The position numbers and the translations under genes were made by a program. Below the pieces are notes generated by a model. It was given only the letters and a program-made list of their open reading frames with translations. It was not told where the DNA came from and did not search any database. From Octopus bimaculoides (lineage: Eukaryota), in assembly GCF_001194135.2 (NCBI RefSeq), contig NC_068983.1, positions 86,993,285-87,057,284 on the forward strand: a DNA stretch of 64,000 nt, in the 5' to 3' direction. This document shows positions 25,945-39,623 of the stretch, piece by piece (position 1 is the stretch's first letter; the number at the start of each line of letters is the position of its first letter).

Positions 25945-27126
25945 GTGGGGCAGGTCCTTGAAGAATTTTTAGTCGAATGAATCGACCCCAGTACTTTTTT
26001 TCTATACCTGGGTACTTATTCATTTGGTCTTTTTGCCGAACCGTAAACAACAATAGGTGACAAATGCACACACACATGTATATACGACGACGGGCTTACA
26101 GTGGTCAGTCCGAGGTTATAGTGGAAGACACTTGCATAAGGTTTGTCACGCAGTGGGATTGAACCCGGAAGCATGCAGTTGACAAGCAAAGTTCTTAGCA
26201 CATAGCCACGCCTGTATACGCACATATAAAGAGAGAGAGAGAGAGAGAGAGAGAGGTTTGTTTTTATATGAAATTTTATATAAAGAAAACGATTTCATGT
26301 TAAACTAAAGGATCACTCAATACTTTTTAGTGGAGTACATATTTATAAATTTTTATGTAATAAAGGTTGACAGTGACTTCGAAGTTTCGGCTTCCTAACC
26401 GTTATCAAACTGATGCCACTGAACGAGCTAAATATTTTATAAGTGCCTATGTGCATGCACACACACACATGCGTATATAATACATAGTGTGCGTGTGTGT
26501 ATATATATGTGTGTGCGTGTATATATGTGTGTGTGTGTGCATACACATACACACATATGTATATAGATTTGTGTCTACACACACACACATATTCTTTTAC
26601 TTGTTTCAGTCATTTGACTGCGGCCATGCTGGAGCACCACCTTTAGTCGAAGAAATCAACCGCAGGACTTATTCTTTGTAAGCCTAATACTTATTCTATC
26701 GGACTGGTTTGCCGAATTCGGAGACGTAAACACACCAGCATCGGTTGTCAAGCGATGTTGGGGGAACAAACACACACACATACACAGGGCTTCTTTCAGT
26801 TTCCGTCTACCAAATCCACTCACAATGCTTTGGTTGACCCGAGGCTATAGCAGAAGACATTTGCCCAAGGTACTACGCAGTGGGAGTGAACTCAGAACCA
26901 TGTGGTTGGAAAGCAAACTTCTTACCACACAGCTACGCCTATATATGTATATCTGTATATAAAGGCATATTTTATATNNNNNNNNNNNNNNNNNNNNNNN
27001 NNNNNNNNNNNNNNNNNNNNNNNNNNNNNNNNNNNNNNNNNNNNNNNNNNNNNNNNNNNNNNNNNNNNNNNNNNNNNNNNNNNNNNNNNNNNNNNNNNNN
27101 NNNNNNNNNNNNNNNNNNNNNNNNNN

Positions 27127-27157
<31 letters not shown>

Positions 27158-27392
27158 TATATATGTGTGTGTGCGCGTGCGTGTCTGTATCTGTTTGTCC
27201 CCTCCGCATCATCGCTTGACAACCGATGTTTGTGTGTTTTCGCCCCCATAACTTAGCGTTTAGGCAAAAAGTGACCGATAGAATAAGTACTTGGCTTACA
27301 AGGAATAAATCCTGCGGTCGATTTCTTCGACTAAAGGCAGTGCTCCAGCATGGCCGCATTAAAATGACTGAAACAAGTAAAAGAATAAAAGT
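25945..27392. mobile_element. Cluster of SINE family D copies: 25945-26215 (-), 26592-26940 (-), 27165-27392 (+)
   Basis: Shared catcgcttgacaaccgatg and gctccagcatggccgc...gactgaaacaagtaaaag segments. Confidence 0.85.
26371..26412 (-). ncRNA. Degenerate minimal type I hammerhead ribozyme motif
   Basis: Minus strand reads cagt-TTGATAA-c-gg ttaggaag cc-GAAA-cttcgaag-TC-actg. Stem I cagt/actg, perfectly palindromic stem III, GUC site. Two transitions in the CUGAUGA core. Confidence 0.55.
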
Positions 27393-27995
27393 ATTAGCCA
27401 TAGTATACAGTATTATAGATTTATTTCAACCAATTTTGACAATCGGTTTCGCATCTGATATTAAGGTAATCAGCCGATTACCTAATAACTGCACTCGTCA
27501 GAGATGACTGGTATTGAAAAGCGCACGCGCGCGTAACAGACATAGAAAAGAGAAGAAATACTCTATGGATACACTAGATGTATTTATTCGGAGCTGGGGT
27601 TTTATTGTGTCGCTACTCCGAGGTTTCCTTTATAATTACTTTCTTCAAAGTTATGTATGTTCTCATTTATATTTAAATATTTGAAATCTTCTGTAAGGAA
27701 GACGCTGGTTTCCAACAAAGATACAAAAGCTCTAATGTTGGAATGTCGATAACAAAAACAGTGTCACATGTTCAACTTGAAAAATGTCTTACATATTTTT
27801 GCTGTTCTGTTTGCAGATTGTATTTGTAAGGCACAAGTTAGCTGGACGGTTCCTTTTTCTGTAAACCCTAGCCTTTCCAGGTTGTCACAGACATTTACTT
27901 ACAAAACCATGTGTACGAAATATCAATAATAAGAATGTGAATTTATAATGTATGTATAGAAGCTGGTATCGAAGCAATTGTTTATAATTATCCTT

Positions 27996-28039
<44 letters not shown>

Positions 28040-28829
28040 CGTACGTATGTATATATAATCCTTGGGTTTCGGTTCCCACAAGCAAAATTTGAGTGCAGAG
28101 AGCTAGGTTACATGAATAATTAAAAAATGAATGTCAAATAAAGAAACAAACTAATTTCATTTTTAATAAAAAAGAAATATTTCTTCCCACGATTTCCACA
28201 ACCCAGTTCAAAGAAGATTTACCACGCTAACCTGTCATCTTACAGAATTTCTATATTGGCCAATGTATTGACAGAGGTGCAGTAAATCAGCTCAATGAAC
28301 AATGTACGTGAGAACTTCTATGTGATTTATCGCCTGCCAGAAACAACAGCCAAATACCATTCAAATGAAAATCCTTGTCTAAAAAACGAAAAGAAAAGAA
28401 GTAAAGCTATGGAATTGAAAAGCAAAAGAAAACATGAGACAATAGGGATGACAACGTTTTCCAAAGAAGTATACAATGTCGCCATTATTCTTGCCGCTGT
28501 CACTCCTGTCTTAATCGCTGTCTCTACTATTGTTAGTGTTGCTCATACCTCAATTACTCTCACCTTTGCCGTTCATGCCTCTATGGCTTATTTCTTTGTA
28601 TCTCATGTCTCGATCATCATCTGGTCCACTTGATATCAACAGCCATCATTTGCTCTTACAATTTACCAACTTCTTGCAATTTCTTTTTCAGTGCCTCTTC
28701 CAGCCTCTCACCCCATTTTGCTTCTACCATTACACTCTAGCTGCCCTTCTCCACCCTAGTTCTACTGTCAGCGTGGTTGTTGTATCATACTCAGCTCCTC
28801 AGCTCGAACACACAGTGACAAGGTCTCTC

Positions 28830-29280
28830 TAAACTTACAGGGTACAAGACAAGTCCATTAGTGTGGATAACTCCATTAGTGCTGGTGTCACTATAAATCC
28901 ACCCAAAACACTCTGTAAAGTGGTTACTAGGCGAGAGGAGTCGTAGGGTCGAAGAGGATCCTGTACTCTTGTGGAGGAGATGCAACCTCTGTGGAACTAG
29001 TGCCGTGATAAAATACGCTCAGTACACCACGTAAAGTGTAGAGTCGAGAAGAATCCTTAATCTTGTCGAGGACATGACAACTGCTCTGGAGTTTATGTCA
29101 CGATAAAACGCACTCAATACACTCTGCAAAGTAGTTATTGTTAGGAAAGGTATCAAGCTGTAGAAATCAAACCAAAAATTAAATGTACGAGCGACATGTT
29201 CTCCAAAACATCAGAATAAGAACTGTCTTGGACTGAAATGACCCGTCCAACCCATGCCAACACAGAAAACAAATGTAAAA
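28830..29280 (+). mobile_element. RTE-tailed SINE-like family E, degenerate, with about 90-bp tandem subunits
   Basis: Three cactc(a/t)gtacac...gtaaagtg subunits, then aggaaaggtatcaagctgtagaaa and ccgtccaacccatgcca. Confidence 0.6.
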
Positions 29281-30114
29281 TGTTTATGAAAATATGCATA
29301 CATACATTGTGAAATGTCAGGTCTCTTCAACGAATGAGGCTTCAGCAAGACACAGCTGCACATTGTTCTGTGGAAACGACCATCATCCAATGGTTATGCA
29401 AGGTTAATGCTGAAGATTTCCTGTAGCATCCTCTACCTGTCCTCGTTGCCACTTTCCCATCGCTAATGGACATATGAAGAAAGTGTGATAGTGTTGGTGC
29501 TGGTGTCTTGGTTTGCTGAACAACCTGCATAATGAATACTATTGTAGTGAGCATGGTTTATATAGAACCAGCCGCACTCTCTCATTTTCAAATTTCTAAC
29601 GGTCTGATGCAACAAGTGCCACGAGCTCAGTAGTTAACGGGATATAGGATCTGTATGGAGTTACTGTCTCTTAGATGAGCAGCTAAAGAGCTGAAAGGAC
29701 CTCATCTGCCCTGGGTCCTTTGGGGCGCATGTGGACGACCTTCTTCGAGAAGTAATTCCGTGACGTACTAAATTAACCCATAGCTGGGATCCTGACAGGT
29801 GCTACTACTGCAGATCAGAGTAGATCTGGGAACAATAGTGGCTAAGAGATGTCTTCCACATTCCTTAAAACCCTAGAAATCCCAAACCAGGACCCCACTA
29901 ACGGGTGCAGTTTAAAATCATACTCAAGACACACGCACACACCTTTCATAATATTATTATTTTATTTTTATTAATTTAAGCTTTCTAAAATTTCTGATTT
30001 CTATGTTTAAATATCGCAGATTGCGTTTCTTTAATGACAAGGAAGTTCAAAATTTCTATTGCTCTTACAATTTTCCTTAGTTCTCACCTTTTCCGTTCAG
30101 AGTTGGCTGTAACT

Positions 30115-30317
30115 AAGGCAGCGAGCTAGCAGAAACGTTAGTACGCCGGGCGAAATGCTAAGCAGTATTTCGTCTGTCTTTACGTTCCGAGGTCAACTTT
30201 ACCTTTCATCCTTTCAGGGTCGATAAATTAAGTACCAGTTGCGTACTGTGGTCGATCTAATCGACTGGCTCCCTCCCAAAAAATTTTGAGCATTGTGCCT
30301 AGAGTAGAAAAAAAAAA
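30115..30317 (+). mobile_element. SINE family A with 16-bp TSD and A-tail
   Basis: TSD agagttggctgtaact at 30099-30114 and 30318-30333. Small internal deletion at the B box. Confidence 0.92.
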
Positions 30318-33300
30318 AGAGTTGGCTGTAACTTTCACCTTTCTTTTATTTTCAAGTAATTTTTTTCTGAATTGTGTTTTTAAACACAGGAGCGAGATTC
30401 CATACACACAATCACACACATATATATATATAACAAGATTTGGTGCCCAGCAACTGCCTGTCCATTTTTAAAATACGTTATATATGATTTTATGCCTTAC
30501 AACGGCATATCCATAATTTATTCTATCATGTATTAGACACAAACAGGATAAACAATCGTATGAAGTCCTTCTGCATTCTCTAAGAATATGCTTTTTTGTA
30601 AAGAGACAAGAAAAGCAATTATAAACATTTTTTAGGCGTAGAATTCTTAAAATTCAACTGGAAAAAAAAAAGAAAAAGATATATTGAGTCTTGAAAAAAA
30701 AAAAAATTATTATTTTAACGCTAGCAACATAGGTAAATAGATTTCGAAATCGTAATATCAGCTTGCTTTAACTAAATTGGATGAAAATCCCTAATACAAA
30801 ACTGCCTAGCGACTAGCAACGAACGACTCTGTAGAAATACAATAGTGTTGATGAGGAAAACATACATGGTTCATAAAAAAGAGAAAAACAAAGAGATAAA
30901 TAAATAAATGAAAAATATTGCAAGAACAGATGTATAATGGTATTAGAACTGAGAATTAATATCAACGTGGTTGAAATAGGTGAACTATCTGTGTGACGTG
31001 TTCTTAATTTGACAATAGCAATAATGATTTCTTTTATTGGCTACAAGGACCCAAAGACATGAAGGACAAATCGATTTTATTGCAAAGCTAAAGCGTATCG
31101 TGATGTAATTTAACAGGATTAAAGGGAATTTACTAAGCGAATCCCAAAGACAAACAACAATATCACCAATAATTTTGTTCCTGTACAAACTGCGTAATCT
31201 AACTATCAATTATTGAATTTAAAGAATTAAATTTTGTCCCTAATCAAAAAGTGGCAAACTGAAAGATTAGACAGCATATTCATTCGCGTGTATATATTCT
31301 TTCGTTGGCTACTGGTTCAAATTCGAGAAGTTAAATTACTATTTAACCCAACACTAATACATTTTAAAAATATTTATTATCTTTTATTCAGGGGAGGGAA
31401 GGCAGTACCTATGACCCTTTGCAGAGCATCTGAGTCAGACGGGAGGGAAATATTCTCAGATTGGAGACCTGACCCGAATGTTTGCTACAGCACTCTAAGA
31501 GTCAGCTGGTGGTGTGGAACCGGGCGACAGATCAAGTAAAATAATGTTTCTAATACTAATACAAAGATATAAATTTGGTATGGAATGGAATAGATTAAAT
31601 CGAATTCGGTAATTACCTGACAGCTATTATTAACGACCCTTCTCCACCGATAAGAAATGTTAAGTCGATCTCGGGTCGGATTTGAACTCAAAACGTGAAG
31701 AGACGCAACTATAAATTTAGGGGTATTTAGTCCGGCACACCGCTGATTTTAATATTCACCGCCCCTAAGTATAAAATATCGTAAGGAATCTTTGCTTTCA
31801 CTGTGAATAAAGGTTTCTTATGCACAGGACGGCAAATCTGTAAGAAAGCAGGGGAATGGATGTTATCACATAGAATTAGCAGTTTATGGTTCTTGGAATC
31901 AGCTAATCAATACCTTTTTGTCTTTAAATCATAATTTGTCAAAAACTAAATATAAATTCGTCCAGCAAACTAAATCAATCTATACAAATCTAATCAAGAA
32001 ATTAAAAACAAAAAAGAGAAGAGAAATGAAAATGAAAGGCTGATATTCGTAACTTTCCCATGAGAATTAATGGCGAAAATGAAATAAAAAAGCTCAAATG
32101 AGAAACAAACTGCTGCGAGTTCAGCTCACTGTGCTTTATAGTTTTATCTGAAATTCACAGTGAAAGTATTTTTTTAAATCTAAATTTAGATTAAATTTTG
32201 ATTTCGAACATGTTTTATTATACTTGTTTTTACTAAAAGTAATATATACAAAACGGATTTTTCGCAGCGGAGTTTTCAAACGAAAACTAGTGAGTTCTCT
32301 TCGACCATATCACCGGCGGTGTCAGCTATAAATTTGTTCATATTATTAAAAAAGGCCAAATTTGGTTCCGCATCAAATTTCATTTCTGCTTTACTCGTTT
32401 CGCAAGTTGATTTGATGATTTCTTTCTTTCTTTTTTTCTTTCTTGAATAGGCGTATAAAGTTAGCAAAACGATATTTTAATATATGAATAGTTGAAAAAT
32501 ATAAAATAACAGCGGTCGAATTTTAAATGTGCTATCAATGTCTCATATTGCTTTTATTTTTGCCTATATTGTTAAATTGTATCCCAAATCCTTTCTAACA
32601 ATGAATTGTTAGGCTAAATAAGCATCAGAAAACAGTATTACTCATTGCGAAAGTAAAGTAGATTCAACTTCGTTTTCACAACACTTCCTAAATTTAGCAT
32701 ATTTGCTTAGTTACTTCCTTCCGCCTTGAGACTTGAGTGGATTTGTAATTTTTTTTTCATTAATTTTATCATAGTTTACTAAGACAGATATAGACTTGTG
32801 AAAGGAATTACTACTGTTATCAGTTCACAGCAATTGCTAGCGTTATGTTCTTTCTTTTCCTCTGAACTATTGCAAGCCTCGCCGTCCGTATCAGGCTTAT
32901 CGAGCCAACAACGGAGACTCCACACTAACCAGGGCCCATATGATTCTTGGGAGTCTATATAAAATTTTGTTTCTGAAATTTATGTGCAATAAGTTGGTTG
33001 TTCTTCTACAATACTCAAGATATTTTTACAATTTTTTAAATTCAATTCTTTATAATATTTTATTATGAAAATATAATAGGATCTTTTAAACATCAAATAA
33101 TATTGAAAGTCCACCTTAGTAAAAGGGCTCTCCAGGTAAAAAAAAAAATATTGAGAACTAATGCTCTACATAATGCTGGGGAACTAATACTCTACAACGC
33201 TCGACCTGCAAGAAATAGCAGTCTAATCTCCCTTAAACTACACCCAGCTGTTTTAAACAACACGTAGACAAATGTAGTTTTGAAATTTTACACATAGGAA

Positions 33301-34249
33301 AAAGACTATATGGGTCACAACCGGAGTACCTATAATCATAGGAACTCTCTATAAGAGCTGACTTGAAGCTATAAAAAAACTAAATAGATATTAAAAAAAA
33401 ACAGGAAAAACATTAGGCTTATCATCGTTGACAGGAAGAATATTGCAACTTAAAGTGATTACTCTTAACATGAAGAATTTGTTGCCTATATGAGCATGCA
33501 TGATCTAGAAGAATAAATACATTTCATTTTTGAGAGTTGAGATGGGAAGAAATAACTTTCTGTTATTACACCCATAAATTATGGTAACAATAAAAAGTTC
33601 CAACACTTTGAAAGGTAAACTTTTCTTGGGTATATTTGGGGAACTGATTATAAATACTTCACTAGTTTTGCCTTTTCTGCTTTAGTGTTGGAGATACAGT
33701 GAATTCTTACGTGTGCTTATGTACCTACTCCTGCACCAAAATTAGGGATACTTATTGAAACTTACTTCAGTTTTGGTGACTTACTTCGTCAATAACATTG
33801 TCATATCAATTCTTGAAGATTCTCCAAATGTGGAAAGTAGCTGTCAGTAAGGTGAGGGTTGGCAACCCAGCATAGATTCTACCAAATATCTAGAATGAAC
33901 ACTGTTAAGCCGTCCTACTCATCCCTTTGAACCTAGGGTCTCTAATTACCATCTCTATCAGATTTAAGCTAAAAGGCTGAACAAACGGGATTCTGCATCC
34001 AACAGTGCAGAGAGATCCCTCATCCACCCATCCTAAGTGTAAAGATATTGACAACACTACCTGCTGACAACCAGAGCAACGTGCTTGTGATGACTCCATC
34101 CTTAATGTATGCAACTCCACCAGGCTGGCAGCATCATCACCTAGCACCACCATCCAGGACCCTATCACAGCTGGGGTCCATCCCACCCCACTTACCACCA
34201 CCTGATGAAATGGGAGCCTGTAAACTCTCCCAATTTAGGATTAAATGCA

Positions 34250-34600
34250 TGTACCTGTAGGGCCTCTAAAACCTACCCACTGAATAGGAACTGTGTGAGG
34301 GAAATCATGGTCTATAAATGCATAGTGGTAACACATAATCCTATTAGGTACTATACTGGATCCACAGCTGGCCTCATTAAAAGTAGGATTTCTGCACACC
34401 TACACTCATCTAACAATGACAAACATCAGCTCTCTATATCCCTAGTCAAATTTAAAATCAATTGGCTGATTATCAATGTGACCCCTCCTTACTGACCTTC
34501 TGGGCACTGATGCAAGCTTTGCCAGTGCCATCATCACAGCAGATGACCCGTTCCTACTCAATAAGCACAATGAAATGCCTACTTAACATCTAATACACAA
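34250..34600 (+). mobile_element. Penelope-like element GIY-YIG endonuclease remnant
   Basis: Reads CTCRASKTYPLNRNCVREIMVYKCIVVTHNPIRYYTGST...KSRISAH, then AIITADDPFLLNKHNE. Confidence 0.75.
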
Positions 34601-34636
34601 TAGTCTGTACCTTCTTCTCCTCCTCTCCTTCTTCTT

Positions 34637-34738
34637 GATTTTGCCTTTCATCCTGCCGGGTTCGATAAATTAAGTACCCATCAAGCACTGGGGTTGATGT
34701 GATCGACTTACCCCATCCCCACAAAGATTTCAGGTAAG

Positions 34739-34810
<72 letters not shown>

Positions 34811-34811
34811 G

Positions 34812-34851
<40 letters not shown>

Positions 34852-34856
34852 TATTA

Positions 34857-34902
<46 letters not shown>

Positions 34903-36420
34903 GGCAGTGAGCTGGCAGAATTGTTAGCACACCAGACAAAATGTTAAGCAGCATTTCATCTGTCCTTACATTCTGAATTCACATTCCACTGAGGTTGACT
35001 TTGCATTTCATCCTTTTAGGGTCGATAAAATATGTACCAGTTATGCACTGGGATTGATGAAATAATTACCAGTTATGCACTGGGGTCAATGAAATCAACT
35101 AGCCCCCACTCCCCTAAAAGTTTCAGGCCTTGCGCCTATAGTAGAAAGGATTATTATTATTATTAAGATAGAAAGCTGACAGAATTGTTAGCACATTGGG
35201 CAAAATGCTTAGTGGAATTTCATTCATCTTTATATTCTGAGTTCAAATTTTGTCAAGGTCAACTTTGCCTTTTATCTTTTTGAGACCAATGTATTGACTT
35301 TCACCTCCCTTCAAAATTTGAAAAAATTATTATTATTATTGTTGTAGTTGTTGTCATTATTATTGTTACTATTGTTGTTACTGACACTATTTACTATTTT
35401 GTATCATATCAATTTGCTGTATTAGGTCAACTTTGACTTTCGTCTTTTCAGGGTCAATAGAATAAGTACCAGTTGTACACTAGGGTTGATGTAATCAACT
35501 TAATCCCTCCTCTGAATCTGCTGGCTTTGTACCAAAATATGAAATCATTATTATTACTATTATCAAGGCAGTGAGCTGGCAGAATTGTTAGCATGCCAAG
35601 CGAAATGCTTAGCAGTATTTCACTTGTCACTACTTACTAAATTCAAATTTCACCAAGGTCATCTTTGCCTTTCATCCTTTCAGGTTCAATTAAATAAGTA
35701 CCAGTTATGCACTGGGGTCAATGTAATCGACTATCTCCCTCCCCCAAATTTCAGACCTTGTGCCTATTTGTTGTTGGCACTCCGTCGGTTACGACGATGA
35801 GGGTTCCAGTTGATCCTATCAAGGGAACAGCCTACCCATGAAATTAATGTGCAAGTGGCTGAGCACTGCACAGACATGTGTACCCTTAATGTAGTTCTCA
35901 GGGAAGATTTAGCATGACACAGAGTGTGACAAGGCTGGCCCTTTGAAATACAGGTGCAACAGAAACAGGAAGATAGAGTGAGAGAAAGTTGTGGTGAAAG
36001 AGTACAGCAGGGTTCGCCCCCCCCCCCTACCGGAGCCTTGTGGAGCTGTAGGTGTTTTAGCTCAATAAACACTCACAATGCCCGGTCTGGGAATTGAAAC
36101 CGCGATCCTACGACCGCGAGTCCACTGCCCTAACCATTGCGTCTCCACTTGTGCCTATAGTAGAAAAGATTATTATTATTATTATTATTATTATTAAGAT
36201 GATGAACTAGCAGAATCATTTGCATATCACACAATGCTCAACTTTATTTCTTGCAATTTTTTATGTTCTGAGTTAAAATTCTACTGATGTCAACTTTGCC
36301 TTTCATTCTTTCAGGGCTGATGAAGTAAGTACCAGTTGAGTAATGGAGTTGATGTAGTCACCTTGCACCCTCCCACAAAATTTCAGGCCTTGTGCCTATA
36401 GTAGAAAGAATTATTGTTAT
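34637..36420 (+). mobile_element. Head-to-tail array of six SINE family A copies with (CAT)n/(ATT)n linkers
   Basis: Copies at about 34637, 34901, 35164, 35420, 35565 and 36196, all on the + strand. Confidence 0.88.
35768..36147 (-). mobile_element. tRNA-derived SINE family B inserted into the tail of a SINE A
   Basis: Reverse complement of 54556-54937. TSD cttgtgcctat at 35757-35767 and 36148-36158. Confidence 0.9.
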
Positions 36421-36741
36421 TATCATTATAGTAATTCTTGTTATACATATTATATATACTTGATAATACTATCAAGTATAATACGTATGTGGGTGCATGT
36501 TTGTATGCGTGAGTGAGAGAGAGAGAGAGAGAGAGCATGTGGCCTAATAGTTAGGGTGTTGCATTTATGATCATGAGATTTTGGTTTCGATTCCTGGACT
36601 AGGTGAATGCACTTTGTCACACATCACTCTGCAATCACTTTGACATCTAATGTGAGGTGCACCATGCCCCTTTAACAGATAACATTGATTTGATGAAGAG
36701 AGTGAGCCAATGCGCAGCACAAACTTTTGATCACAGTAAAC

Positions 36742-37070
36742 CAGTGGTTTTCAAACATTTTGTTTTACCTATGGACCCCTTTGATTACTATTTTACTCTT
36801 TTGCCCTCCCCCCATAGCCATTTGATGTTTAAAAAAATAGTTTAAAAGATACTTCTTTCAAAATTCCTATTGTTTGTCACACATTAACTTTTGTAGATTA
36901 AACTATGTAAAACATTAAAGAAACAAATTTAGCTGTTTCTTTCAATAAATATATCTAGGGTAACATTTTTTCATGGACCCATAATAAACAACTGTGGGTC
37001 CCCAATTTACTATTTTGCTTGTGTAGGCCCCTCAGATATCTTATATAGACCCTGGTTGAGAATCACTACT
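36742..37070. mobile_element. hAT-type MITE, degenerate
   Basis: Ends cagtggttttcaaac / ggttgagaatcacta, with internal tggacccc motifs as in 2536-2814. TSD not preserved. Confidence 0.65.
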
Positions 37071-37794
37071 ATAAAGAAATCATCTGTATTATCTACTCAC
37101 TTACCCATGTTTCCTCTCATAAGGTCATGTAAGTGTGACTTATGTACTCACATTCAGGTTGGCAGCTAACCCTTGTTCTTACCAACATCAGTCGATTTCT
37201 GAGAACCCTGATGGCCTCCACCACCACCAACTGCTCCCATTTCCTGTTCCCCTTCTTCCCACTGGCCTATGGTTACTGCATGTCTGTAATATGTATCTCT
37301 CATTTGTCTGAAGAAGCATTTGGATTGATTATACACGCTGCACTTATGAAGTACACATAAGGATTGCATTTATAGTGTATCATCATTATGTTACCGAATA
37401 CTGAAACATATGCAATAGATGAAATAAAAGAATACCAAGTACAAGCCCATGTTCTGTTCTCTCATTATGTAATTGCGTGCGTGTGTGTGTAAATGTATAT
37501 ATATATATATATATATATGTGGTTGGAAAATAAACTTCTTATCACCCAGGCACACCTGCACCTATCAACATTGCTAACAAATAGAGATTGAAAAGTATTT
37601 TTGTTTAGATAAAATTCCCTTATTTTAAAGAGAAAAGAGAATTCTGTTCTCAAATGAAGCAGTCAGTGTCGATAAGATTGTAAATGTATTTCTAAGAAAA
37701 CACTTGGCAGTAATGTTAAAATAGCTTGTTTGAAGAAAATATAAAGTAAATAAATAAATGTAATATAAACTTAATTTCCATGCATGCATATATA

Positions 37795-39012
37795 CAGAGC
37801 ATCCCAGAAAGATTTACCTATTAATATTTCTTAATTATTCAAAATAAACTTAAGGTAGGATAATGAAATTTGGCACACACGTTCTAATGTAAATTGTCAA
37901 TCTATTGCAGTAATTACATTTCAAAATGATCACCTTTCAGCTTGATTATAGTTTGCAAACGAGTGGTCACTGAGTTGCATGAGTGCCATACCACATCTAC
38001 ATCCAACTTGACCCATGAAAACAAAAGCTTTGTTCTGATCTGACACATTTGAGTAGGAGTAAGCAGAAACATTACTCCCTAAGATCAACCAGATAGCAAA
38101 GACCATGGGATTGATGTCTGGACTTGAAGGAGGCCATATTGCCTTGTCCCAAAAACCACTGAAATGCTCTTTGCACCACCTCTGTGTCAAATTGGATGTG
38201 TGGGCCAGAGCCCCATCTTGTGTGAAGATGTAATGGTCACCAAAGGTTTCTGTGACTCAGAGTAACACTTTCTCATTCAACATTTCCACATTAACTTCAC
38301 TGACCTTGATGCCAGCATTGATGAAGATCCAGAGAGACTTGAACCTATCGGATGCAACTGCAGCCCACACCACGAGTGAAGTTGGCTTCTGATGATGTTT
38401 ACATTACGTGCATAAAGTCTGTCATTCTGCTTGTTGGTAACTGCCTCCACAGTGATGGATGATCTCATTAGACCATATCAACACTTTGTTAGTTTCTTCT
38501 TGAAAGCTGCTGAAATTAACTGCTGGGATTGTTTCTTGCATGCAGTTAGCTTTAAATCCTCTTTAAAAATCCTTTGTTTTGACGATTTCAGAATATCAAG
38601 CTTTTGCAGTTTTTCTTGCACTCCTGCAAGGATTTCAGTTCATTTGCTTCTTCACAGCTTCAACATTTGTTTGTTTGGTACAAATTGATCGTTTCCTACC
38701 TGGAATTAGCTTGCAAGAGGTAGTATTGGACTCCATATATTGTTTCCAGGTATTGAACACTGTTTTACAGTATACATTCAACTGTTTTGTTATGTCCTTG
38801 TTGTTCACCCCAGCTGTTTTCAAAGGAACAATCTGGTTACATTTTGCTTTCAATGTCATATTTGTTTACAAACCTGTTATAGACGAACAAAACAATAGAC
38901 ACATGAACAAAAGATATATGCAAATCTTTATATAAAATGTAGGTAATATTACCTGAACTGATATTCTTTAGAAAGAGTTTTTAACATGGGTAAATCTTTC
39001 TGGGACACACTG
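37795..39012 (-). mobile_element. DD37D (maT-type) Tc1/mariner transposon with disrupted transposase
   Basis: TIRs cagagcatcccagaaagatttacc / ggtaaatctttctgggacacactg with TA TSD. QDGALAH is followed by 37 residues to the third catalytic position in WPPSSPDINPM(V), which is mutated. N-terminal HTH region ...IPGRKRS. Confidence 0.92.
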
Positions 39013-39623
39013 TACATATATGTATATAAATGTATGTATGTATATATGTATGCATGTATGTATGTATCTATCTATCTTTCTATCCATCTATAAACCCATC
39101 TACTTATCTATTTATCTGTCTGTTTGTCTGTCTGTATCTATCTATCTATCTATCTATCTGTCTATCTATCTATCTGTATATATGTATGTGTGTTTGTCTG
39201 TCTATGTATGCACACACATACACACACTCTTTCTACATGTATGTACTCTAATGTGCATAAACATATACAGATATACAAAGCTATATACATTTTGGTATGT
39301 ACACATGGACACACACATGCATGTGAACCCTGCCCCATACACACAGACATACATGCACATCAGATAATTATATAGGGCATGAAAGCCATCCACTATTTAT
39401 CAAACTTGATTATCACTTATTACCTGAACTTATTTGTTTTTTAATTTTGTTTATGATTATTTCTGGTATTTTTTCATTTATTTCTTTTTTATTTTAAAAC
39501 TATTTTCTATTGTTCACTTGTGTGTGGCTATATTTTTTATAATGTCCTCAATGTCTGATGTAGTGATAAGTGAATTGATATTTTTAATTATTAAGCTATA
39601 AATTATCTTCTAATTGTGAAGCA

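Noticed and set aside
27700-27720. GAAAC-cagc-GTC hammerhead half on the minus strand (also ctgatggaaac at about 61505)
   Set aside because: No CUGANGA core or stem II at the right distance.
29300-29560. QQD-like and SDGKV-like transposase snippets in opposite orientations
   Set aside because: Too short and degenerate to call.
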